NCBI GenBank assembly: GCA_001179505.1 | Contig: CDMY01000281.1 | Location: 1-64,000 of the forward strand | Direction of reading: 5' to 3' | From: Vitrella brassicaformis CCMP3155 | Lineage: Eukaryota > Protista > Chromerida | Length of the DNA: 64,000 nt | Part shown: in pieces, positions 49,746 to 59,448 of the stretch | How positions within the stretch are numbered: the first letter of the stretch is position 1 | Layout of the letters: each line of letters begins with the position of its first letter | Notes under the pieces: generated by a model | Database searches by the model: none | Told to the model about the DNA's origin: nothing | Seen by the model: the letters and a program-made list of their open reading frames with translations, nothing else | Made by a program: the position numbers and the translations under genes

Positions 49746-50340
49746 CGCATCAGCATGACGCCACCCCCTCTCGAGAACTGCAATAGAGAGAGGCAACGAC
49801 ACACATGACATCAAAGCCACACACACGCAATCGCAGGAAGTCTCAATCGCAAACTGGCCGTGTCACACGTGCCTTACATATGCAGCGAAAGGAAGAAAGC
49901 CCAAACAGCACACATCGCAGGGCTGCACGTGTCCATTGAACTCGCCCTGTGGACGCACCGCCATTCACCATGCACACATCGCACATGAGAGCGTCCCCAT
50001 CACTCACTCTCGCCCGACCCGCACTGCATGTCTGTATGTATGTATGTACGTAGTAATGTGTGTATGCCGGCAGGCGGCACGTGGAATGAGTGAATCGGCA
50101 GGCAAAAACGAGATGAGTGAGCGTGGGTGCAATGACATTAAAGACGGCTAAGCTGTGAATGGGCGGCGACAAAAGGAAAATCGGACCGAAAAACGCTACG
50201 TTGCTCCCCATCCAACACAACCTACACGCACACACACAGAGGGGCATCGGACGATGGCGACCACCACATGCCCGTGGTGCATGTGGGTGTCATTCTTACC
50301 CGACTGATTCTACCGGATTGCTGAGTAATATCCGCATCAA

Positions 50341-53300
50341 TCAGATGGGCACCTGTACCTGCATGCAAGACGCGCATGCAGCCAGCTGTGTCTGGTGTCT
50401 GGTATACCTACCTCATTGGGATTGATCTCCTCGAGCCAGTCGAGGATCGACGTGACGTCGCCCACCCCGAATGGCTCACTGAACACCTCCTGGTGCGCCC
50501 TCTTGACCGTCAAGTTGAGGCATCGTGCAAACGTGTTGCCCTTGAGCCGTGCCTGCACACACACACACACACACACAGCGACACAGACACAGCGAGTAAG
50601 AGAGAGGCTTGCTGCATGTCATGTTTGTGGTCTGTACCTTCTTGACCAGGTCAACCAGGTCCTGCAGCTGCTCGTTGTGCGTGAAGATGGCCACGATGTC
50701 GTCGGTAGTCAGTTTGGAGAGCTTCACCGTCTTGTGCATACGCACATTGCCTGTCTCGAGCCACACACGCACATAGAGGGAGGAAGTGACGGTGAAGGGG
50801 GCTCGCTCTGTGTCTGTCGTCGTCCATTTGTGTCCACCGACATTTCTCCTCCTTGACGCGCCCTACGGCCAGCAGCAGCACCAGCAGCCGCAGCGGCAGC
50901 AGCAGCAGCAGCAGGGGCGAAACCGCCTGCCAATCACACACACATTTTGACATACACACATTGACTCCAGACACCATGTGTGGCTGCAGTCCCTCCCCCC
51001 TTACCCTGTGGCTGATTGGCCTCCTGTCTGTCGTTATTATCGTCGTCCGCTTCCAGATCGATCACCACACGTTCTGGCGGGCCGTTGGCCGCCGCCCCAG
51101 CCGCCATCCCGTCCCTGTTGCCACTGCCACCAACTCCGGAAGCATCACCGTGTCCGCCCAGACCATCGTTGTATTGGCCCTCCCCCTGTGCAGCCTCCCT
51201 GTTGCCGTCGTGGTCGTCAGCAGCAGCCGAGCCCCGCCCCCCGTCGCCCTCCTGTTTGACGGCGTTGCCGCCACCAGCACTCTGCTCACGATGGCCGTCT
51301 GAGCAAATTGGGGGAGGGGGAGGGGGTGCGGGGGGCATCTGCTCGTCCTGGGAACCCACACTCGACCCTAATCGAAAGAAGGCACAGAGATGCCATGGAA
51401 CGATGGACTTCATGTCGTCTGGTGGTGGGTTTTGTACCCGTCCGGCGGCGTTTGTTGGCCCGTTTCTTGCCCTTGTAGTTGTCGTCACGCGCCTGCCGCT
51501 TCTGCTTCTTCTTGCCGCGACGAGATGGTGGTGATGGGGAGCGGGAGGAGGATGGAGAGGGGGAGGGAGGTGCATCGGCCACTGCTGCTGCTGCTGCTGC
51601 TGCCGGTGGGTCGTCCTGACACAAACAGAGGAGATAGGCAGGTATGTTCACGCCTTCTCCTTCCCTCCCTGCCTCCCCTCACCGGGAACTGGTGGTCTGC
51701 CAGCAGCTGCTCCCAGCCGGTGATGCGAGGGATGAGGCGATCAGACTTCTTCTCCTTGTGCTTGGGGAGCTCGCTGTTGCGGTAGTTGATGGCCTTCCTG
51801 AACAGGGAACGGGCGGTCTTGTACTCCTTCAGGCCGAAGCGCTTGTTGACCACCCACTGGTTGGGCCCCCCACCACGCGCCGTCAGTCGGACGTGGAGGG
51901 CCGGCGATTGGACGCCCCGGCTCCTCCGGAAGTGGATGCCCAGTGAGCAAAACTTGTCCTTCAGCTTGTCGAAGAACTCCCACATTGACTTCTCTGATAC
52001 AAACAGACAGACAGACAGACAGATTTAGTTGAGTGAGTCAGTTGGGGCTGTGCGCCACCTAGCTCGCTGTGGCGGCTGCGTGGAGGCGACGGGGAGCGAT
52101 CCGCGGCCTGGAAGAAGCACACACACACCGCACACAAAGCGCGTCGATTGACTGACCACGGCATGAGTTACTCTTGGTCATGTTACCTCTGCGTCTTTGC
52201 CGTCGTTCTCCTCGCCAGATGAGATGTCGTCGTCCTCATGATCGTCATTGTCCTCATTGTCCTCATTGTCGTCCTTGTATTGCTGTGCATCGGCCGCTGC
52301 TGCTGCTGCTGCTGCTGCCGGTGGGTCGTCCTGACACAAACAGAGGAGATAGGCAGGTATGCTCACGCCTTCTCCTCCCCTCCCTGCCTCCCCTCACCGG
52401 GAACTGGTGGTCTGCCAGCAGCTGCTCCCACCCGGTGATGCGACGGATGCAGCGATTGGAGTTCTTGTCCTTGTGCTTGGGGAGCTCGTTTTTGCGGTAA
52501 ATGATAGCCGCCTTGAACAGCGCACGGATGGTCTTGTACTCCTTCAGGCCGAAGTACTTGTTGACCACCCACTTGTTGGGCCCCGCACCACGCGCCGTCA
52601 GTCGGACGTGGAGGGCCGGCGATTGGACGCCCTGGCGCCTCCGGAACTGGATGCCCAGTGTGTGGCGCGGGCCAAACCTGTCCCTCAGCTTGCGCAAGAA
52701 CTCCCTCATCGACTTCTCTGATACAAACAGACAGACAGACAGACAGACACATTCAGTTGAGTAGTCAGCTGGTGCTGTGCGCTACGTAGGTCGCTGTGGC
52801 GGCTGCGTGGAGGCGACGGGGAGCGATCCGCGGCCTGGAAGAAGCACACACATAACACACACAGCGTGTCGATCGGGTTATCATGCCACAAGTGACTGTT
52901 GGTCATGTTACCTCTGCGTCACTGTCGTCACCCTCCTCGCTGGATGAGATGTCGTCGTCTTCATAATCGTCGTCGTCATCGTCACCATCTTCCTCACTGT
53001 CGTCCTTGTGTGCCCTCTTGCGACCCTTCTTGGCTATCTCGGCATTCTTCTGCTCGGCCACCCGCGCCGCAGCACGACCACCGCCGACCGGCGCCGCACC
53101 CATCTCATCTCCGTCATCCATGCCACCACCCATGCCTGACACATCCACAACACAGGCGTCCCACACAAGGCCATCTCGTTCCCCACCCACCCTTTCACTC
53201 ACTTTGTCCGAGGGCTGGCCCCGCCTCTCCCTCCCCCTCTCCCGAGCCCTGTGCGCCATTGCCCGACGCACCGCCACCGCCCCGTCCGCTCATGAGGCCA

Positions 53301-53413
53301 CCATGGTGCCCATCGAGGGCTGGCCCATTGGCGACGGCGTCATCCATCTCTTCCTCCTGCTTGACGCGCTCCAGCTTGACTGATGCAGACGAACGGGCGC
53401 GGCTACTCGCCAT
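50341..53413 (-). CDS. ApiAP2-like transcription factor with two duplicated AP2-like domains and a C-terminal SAM-like domain
   Basis: LGIQFRRRQG...KYFGLKEYKTIRALFKAAIIYRKNEL and LGIHFRRSRG...KRFGLKEYKTARSLFRKAINYRNSEL. C-terminus LTTDDIVAIF...LQDLVDLVKKARLKGNTF...GVGDVTSILDWL. Confidence 0.7.
51575..53000. repeat. Direct tandem duplication, ~720-bp unit including exons and introns
   Basis: ggtgggtcgtcctgacacaaacagaggagataggcaggtatg at about 51605 and 52320; ttggtcatgttacctctgcgtc at 52174 and 52899. Confidence 0.92.
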
Positions 53414-53579
53414 CGGTGGATGAGGCACCTGAATACGGGACATGCAGATAGGCAAGGCAACGGTCTGGGAGATCTGTGTGTATTTTGCCTTCTTTCTTCG
53501 CCGCTGCCCTACCTGGATGATCGGCTGCGACGACGAAGAGGCGGCACCCTCGGATCTTGGAATTGCCTGCACGATTTCT

Positions 53580-53587
53580 AAGCTCGC
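53580..53587 (-). promoter_or_regulatory. GCGAGCTT candidate promoter element
   Basis: AAGCTCGC on the + strand, about 170 bp upstream of the AP2-like gene ATG at 53413. Confidence 0.5.
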
Positions 53588-53848
53588 AGCAGCGTTTCGC
53601 GCAGGATGGTGGCGAGAATCTCATTTGCGTCGAATTGTGACGCTTAATGCATAGCAAGGCACATACCGCTCACCAATTCATTCATTGCAATCAATGTGGA
53701 TCTGTCCGATCCATCACATCTCACACATCTCACACATCTCATTTCATCCACACGGACGGACATGTCGTCACACACGCACAACAAAAAGACACCACACCCT
53801 CATGCAGCCGTCTGTTTTCTTAAGCACCGCAATGCAATGCAAGGCTCA

Positions 53849-55145
53849 TCATGAGTCTGCTTCATCCTCACTCATCATAGTGGGGGGATCCCTCTCCCTC
53901 TCCATGTCTTCATCGTCTTCGTCCCACCGCTCCAGCCGGTCATACTCATCCTGCTGACGGCCGATCCGCTCCATCTCCTCATACGCCTCGTCGCTCAGCC
54001 GCGACGCCTTCTTGCCGCCCTTGCCCTTAGCCTTCCCCCTGTGCCGCCAAGCCGCCTGCTGCCTCTCGTCCTCTTCGCCCCCCAGACCCCACGCGAACGC
54101 CTCACGCCGCTTCTCCGGTTCGCCGCCTTTCATAGTATCGCCGAACCAGTCAGTGTGCTCCGGGCCCGCGGATGGCTGAACTTCATTGGTCTCTACATTG
54201 GTTTGCCGTCTGGAGGACGGCTCTCCGCGATTGTCGGCCGAGGTGTGGTGACCAGAGGGGGGGAGGGGCTGGGGCGATGACGAGGATGGCTGGCTTGTGG
54301 CAGTGGTGCTGAGGATGCCCAGGCGTGTGAGTCGTGGTGCGTGTCGAACGATGTCGGTGTCGAACGAGTGGTCGACGGGCTGAGCGGTCTCCCAGAAGGG
54401 AAGGTGGCCGAACTGACGATTGTTGACCATCACCTGGTTAATACACACGTGCAGACAAACACCACGTATGACACCATGACGCCTCTCTCCCTCTCATCCC
54501 CGTGTGTGCCTCGCTCACCCCTCTGCCCCTGTCGTTTGTGGTCCTGGCCTGATCTCGTATTCTGAAAGCCCTCTCCAGCTCCTCAGCCGCCTCGTCGTCG
54601 TCAGGCTCCATCCCCACACACTTCTCAAGCGCACTCACGGCGCTGTCCACCTCGCCGAAGTCCAGCAAAGCCCTTCCGAGAGTCAAATACCCCGGCTGCC
54701 ATTGCGCGTCCATCACAATGGCCCTCTTGGCGGCCTTGATGGCTCTGAACGGCTCATCGAGCCTCAGAAGGGCTTGCGCGCACTGCTCGTAGAGGGCGGC
54801 ACGGGGAGAGATGGTGATGGCCTTCTCCCAGGACAGCAGGGCCGACAGGAAGTCATCATTGGCAGCGAAGATGTTGCCCTGCTCTCTCAGCTGGGCGCCG
54901 AGGGTCTCCTGGTCCTTCAGCAAGCGCGCCGGCGCCCTCACCAGATCCATCGCAGCGGCCGCAGCTTGTGGCTGGCTGGGAGGTTTCCTGTCGGGCTTGC
55001 GCATGCGCGTGTCATCCTGACCACCGTCGAAGGGCCATTCGGATGCGTCGTTCGGCCGTCTGCTTGCCGAAGTCCTTGCTGACGTGAGCTTGAAGCTGAC
55101 AGCGGTTCTTGTGGGCACATCGCCTCTTCCAGCACTCGCCATCAT
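53849..55145 (-). CDS. TPR protein, TTC33-like
   Basis: EQGNIFA...ALLSWEKAI...LYEQCAQALLRLDEPFRAIKAAKRAI...WQPGYLTLGRALLDFGEV. In-frame second exon gives a disordered tail. Confidence 0.75.
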
Positions 55146-55181
55146 GATGCTCGTCGTCTTTTTCGTTTCTCCTCCTCACAT

Positions 55182-55190
55182 GCGAGCTTT
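55182..55190 (+). promoter_or_regulatory. GCGAGCTT candidate promoter element
   Basis: Between divergent ATGs at 55145 and 55394. Confidence 0.55.
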
Positions 55191-55393
55191 TCGTTTATGC
55201 TCGCACCGTCGTTCCCTCCTGACGACGCCCTCTCCCGCCCCACCTGAGGCGTATGTAGCTTCCTCTTGCAGTTGCCGAAGTTTCAAGACATCGCATTCTG
55301 TGTTCTGTTCCCACCGTTCTGTCGAAGCAGCACAGGCGGCTCTGAAGCTCATCTACTTGGTACTCATCTGCAGCCTTACTTACGCTCAGCGCG

Positions 55394-56473
55394 ATGGTGG
55401 AGGAGCTTCCCGATGGCGTCAAGGATCCGTACGCCCACATGGGTGTGGAGCCGACGGCCACGGACAAGACCATCCAGTCGGCTTACAAGAAGAAGGCCCT
55501 GGCCTGCCACCCAGATAAGAACCCAGATGACCCTGACGCCGCTGACAAGTTCCAGCGGCTGCAGAAGACTCTCGAGTTCCTCCTGGACCCCGTCAAGCGG
55601 GCTAAGTACGACCGCCACTTGAAGGCGCAGATTGAGCAGCGGAAGCGCTACGAGAAGCAGGGCAAGGAGAAGCGGAAACTCAGGGAGGATTTGGAGGCCA
55701 GGGAGTCGGCCGCGTCGGGGAGTCGGCATGACCACCACAGGGACCACTCGGTGGGCTCGCCCGAACACGAAGTGAAGCGGCTGAGGAAGGAGAACATCGC
55801 CAGAATGACGCAGCACAGAGCTGACGCGTCGGCCACGCCATCCCGCCGACCGGAGCAGTCCAGGAGCAGCACTGGCGGTTTCGTGTCGGCAGACCTGAGC
55901 GCGTGTCGGCTGCGCATCAGCTGGAGCGAAGACAGCTCCCTGTCGGGCCAGTCTGAGGCCAAGATCCGCGACGTGCTGATGAACGCCCTCGCGGCCTACA
56001 GCGTGGCGTCGCTGGTCGTCCTCCCCGCCTCCCGCACGGCCACCGCCACCCTCTCGTCGCGCGAGAGCGCCGTCAGCTGCGCCCTCTACCTCTCCCAGCA
56101 CAAGAAGAATTACCCCTTCCGAGTCAAGCTCGACAAGGCCAGGGAAGAGAAGGAGAGAGAGAGGGAGAAGGAGGGGGCGCCGTCTTCTGCAGTCGACGCC
56201 GCCGCCAGCTCCCAGAGCGCACGCAGTGTGCCGAAGAGACCGACACACCACTCGGGAGGGACACCAACACCAACACCAGCACCAGCACCAGCTGCTGCTG
56301 CTGGTGGTAGTGGCGGGTTGGGAGGGGTGGGTGTGGGTGTGGGTGTGGGTATGGGTGGGTCGATGGAGGACCTTGAGGCCGAGATGTTTCGTGCGATGAA
56401 GGAGGCGTCGGCAAAGAGGAAGGAGCAAGGGGAAAGAAGGCAGAATAATGTGGTGGTGCTGGACGGGACGTGA
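55394..56473 (+). CDS. J-domain protein, DNAJC17/Cwc23-like (J domain, coiled coil, degenerate RRM), single exon
   Basis: DPYAHMGV...YKKKALACHPDKNPDD...KRAKYD, KRKLREDLEARE, LRISW RRM-like segment, DLEAEMFRAMKEA C-terminus. Confidence 0.88.
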   Translation: MVEELPDGVKDPYAHMGVEPTATDKTIQSAYKKKALACHPDKNPDDPDAADKFQRLQKTLEFLLDPVKRAKYDRHLKAQIEQRKRYEKQGKEKRKLREDLEARESAASGSRHDHHRDHSVGSPEHEVKRLRKENIARMTQHRADASATPSRRPEQSRSSTGGFVSADLSACRLRISWSEDSSLSGQSEAKIRDVLMNALAAYSVASLVVLPASRTATATLSSRESAVSCALYLSQHKKNYPFRVKLDKAREEKEREREKEGAPSSAVDAAASSQSARSVPKRPTHHSGGTPTPTPAPAPAAAAGGSGGLGGVGVGVGVGMGGSMEDLEAEMFRAMKEASAKRKEQGERRQNNVVVLDGT

Positions 56474-57102
56474 GCAGGGAGGGAGGGAGGGAATGGATGG
56501 ACGAATGGATGGCGGTTTTGTTCTGTGCAAACATTGTGTGGTGACAGCTCTCTGGTACTTACGTTGATTGTGACTCTCCTCATGTTTTTGAGTCAAACCG
56601 TGAGTACTTATCCTTTCTCACTCGTCAGTATCGAGTCACAGCACATAAGCAAGCACAAGTGTGTGCATGGTGCGGAAATCGGCCTGTGGTCTCTTTGAAA
56701 TCCCCCCTCCCTCCCTCCGTTCTCGCGCAGACAGCACAGAATCTGACGCTGCTTCGCCTGAACCTGACATCACCACACACACACAGAGGCATTCCTAGAG
56801 CTTCCGAGTGTTCCCCTCCTCCCTCTCTCCCCGTTCCAATCCTTTTCTCCTTCTCGGCTTTCCTCCCTCCCTCCCCTTCCGGAGAAGAAGGGGAGCTCCC
56901 CGTAAAACCTACTTCGAAGGACGTCATCACACACAAGAAAGGCAGAGATCACCCCTCCCTCCACCCCCAACACGCAGCCTCGACGTCCCTGTGGCCACAC
57001 CGAGCCTCTCGTCCTTCAACAGCCACCAGGAGAAAAGGATCCGTTCCTCCAGTTCCGTTCTGTCACGCGTCGTGGCAAGAGTGTGATCCCTGTCGCCGTA
57101 CT

Positions 57103-59105
57103 ATGAGCACAGGCGCCGTGGAGACCATCATGATGCCCCACAACAGCCCCAAGATCAGCCTCAACGCCACTCTCGACATGCTTCGCTCGCAGAAGCCCTC
57201 CCACCCACCACCTCCACCCTTCTCGGGCAAGGTGATGCCTGTGCCCGGCCTGCAGCCGCACCAGGACGCTTCCACCTCTCCCACACTCTCGGCCAGTCCC
57301 ATGTCGCCCACATCGTCTGTCGAGGTCGACGACAGTGACCAGTACTACAAGACCAAGCCCTGCAAGTACGGGAGGAGGGAGGCGACACATACACACGAGG
57401 GAGGGTGGGACGGTGTGCTGGACTGACTGTTATGTTATGTGGTGTGTTGTGTGTGTTGGGTGTGTTGGGTGGCGTCAGATTTTGGTTGGAGAACCGCTGT
57501 GAGCGTGGAGAGTTTTGCCGTTTTGCGCACACCAACGAGCTGCGGTCTGCTCCCGATTGTAAGCCAAGGCTCTCACGCACAGACACACACAGCCAGACAC
57601 TGGAGCCTTCCCCCGCACCGCCACTCGTGTATGTGTCTCTCTCTGTCTGCGTGTCCATTGCGCTCATTGCTGTGCAGTGAGCAAGACGAAGCTGTGTGCC
57701 GAGTTCATCAAGACGGGCAAGTGTGAGAAGGGAGCCCCATGCAGATTCGCCCACGGACACAAGGTCAGGCAGGTGTCACACACAGACACAGACACTCACG
57801 CCAAGCATGGCTCTCACTGTGCCGGCCTCCCTCTCATGTGTGTGTGTGTGTGTGTGGTCAGGAGTTGCGTGCGACACCTGATTTTTTCAAGACAGCGCTG
57901 TGCATCTTCCACAAGCGGGGCCGTTGCCCCAACGGCTCCAGATGCCGCCACGCACACTCTGTCGACGAACTCAGACCGCGCATCCGGTAACACAGACAGA
58001 CATGAACGAGAAAACACTCTCGCACAGACATCCAAGCCTTTCCGTGTGTGTGCAGTCCGTTCCGCACCAAGATCCCCCGTGATCAGCTGACGTCCCCCAC
58101 AGGCCCCGACACCATTCCAGAGGAGGGGAAGACCCCCAGCGACCCGGCATCCCCAATCCAGTCGCCCCCCCAGCCGCCCAGGATCGAGATCGTCCCTCCC
58201 AAGTCGCCCGTGGTCAACGTGCACTCACCCCCCGTCGACCGCGACACCGTCCTCACGCCCCCCGCACAGGCGGCCGGGCGTCACCTCTGGGTGGGGTCCG
58301 ACCCCTCTCTGCCTCTGCCCATGCTGTCGCCCACATCCGCCGCCCAGGTGCCCCTCAGCCCCACCTTCAGCCAGCCGCCGCAGCAGGCGCCCAACCCGAT
58401 CGACCTGCTCTCGCCCACGTCGACCTACTCGGCCCCGCCGACTCGGGAGGAGCTCATGGCGGGCTATCTGCACGAGGGCATCAACTACTACTCGCTGCAG
58501 CGATCGGGCGGCTTCGGCCTCCCCACAGACATCAACCTGCCCCCGGCGGCCTCGCCGCGCCCGTCGCCCATCCATGTGCCCTTCCTCATCATCCCCGGCA
58601 CCTCACCGAATGCCACCACGGCTGCGGCGGACCAGCAGCCGCTGACGCCCGGGTCGCCCCCCAGCACCGTTGGCTCGGGGTCGGTCGACAAGGGCTACCT
58701 GCTCGAGGCCCTCCAGGCTCACCTCAGCAGGAATCGCGGCACGTCCCCCCAGAGCGTCGGCGGCATGTACCTGAACTCGCCGAGTGCCAATGCCATGACG
58801 TCGTCGCCCTTCGCCTCGCCGCGCCTGACGCCGGATGGGGGCAGCAGCACGTTGCTGTCGCCCCCACTGCAGGCGTCGGGCTTCCTCTCGCCCCGCAGCA
58901 ACCCCGAGATGCCCGCACCGCTGGCCAGGGGGCTCGTGGGGATGGGCAGGTCGCCGTCACACGAAGGTGAGACAGACAGACAGGCAGAAAGGATCGCCAC
59001 ACGAATGCGACACAAAACAATCTCTCTCTCTCTCTGTGTCGGTCAGGACTGTCGTCCATGGCTGCCGAGCTGAAGAAGTCCGCCCCCGACCATTATGAGG
59101 ACTGA
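57103..59105 (+). CDS. Triple CCCH zinc-finger RNA-binding protein (TIS11/ZFP36-like fingers) with Pro/Ser-rich tail
   Basis: YYKTKPCKYFWLENRCERGEFCRFAH, LSKTKLCAEFIKTGKCEKGAPCRFAH, FFKTALCIFHKRGRCPNGSRCRHAH. Last exon GLSSMAAELKKSAPDHYED*. Confidence 0.9.
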
Positions 59106-59148
59106 GGAATTCTGGAGAGGCGGGCGGGGGCGGCGGGATGGCGGGATG

Positions 59149-59448
59149 NNNNNNNNNNNNNNNNNNNNNNNNNNNNNNNNNNNNNNNNNNNNNNNNNNNN
59201 NNNNNNNNNNNNNNNNNNNNNNNNNNNNNNNNNNNNNNNNNNNNNNNNNNNNNNNNNNNNNNNNNNNNNNNNNNNNNNNNNNNNNNNNNNNNNNNNNNNN
59301 NNNNNNNNNNNNNNNNNNNNNNNNNNNNNNNNNNNNNNNNNNNNNNNNNNNNNNNNNNNNNNNNNNNNNNNNNNNNNNNNNNNNNNNNNNNNNNNNNNNN
59401 NNNNNNNNNNNNNNNNNNNNNNNNNNNNNNNNNNNNNNNNNNNNNNNN
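59149..59448. other. Assembly gap (300 N)
   Basis: Run of N directly after a G-rich tract downstream of the CCCH stop codon. Confidence 0.99.

Noticed and set aside
51575-53000. Repeat as a CRISPR array or transposon terminal repeats
   Set aside because: Two long direct copies of exon-intron structure, with no short repeat-spacer periodicity and no transposase or RT motifs.
55376-56596. 406-aa antisense ORF over the DnaJ gene, and many similar overlapping ORFs
   Set aside because: Shadow ORFs expected from high GC3 codon bias; translations are low-complexity or cross microsatellite introns.
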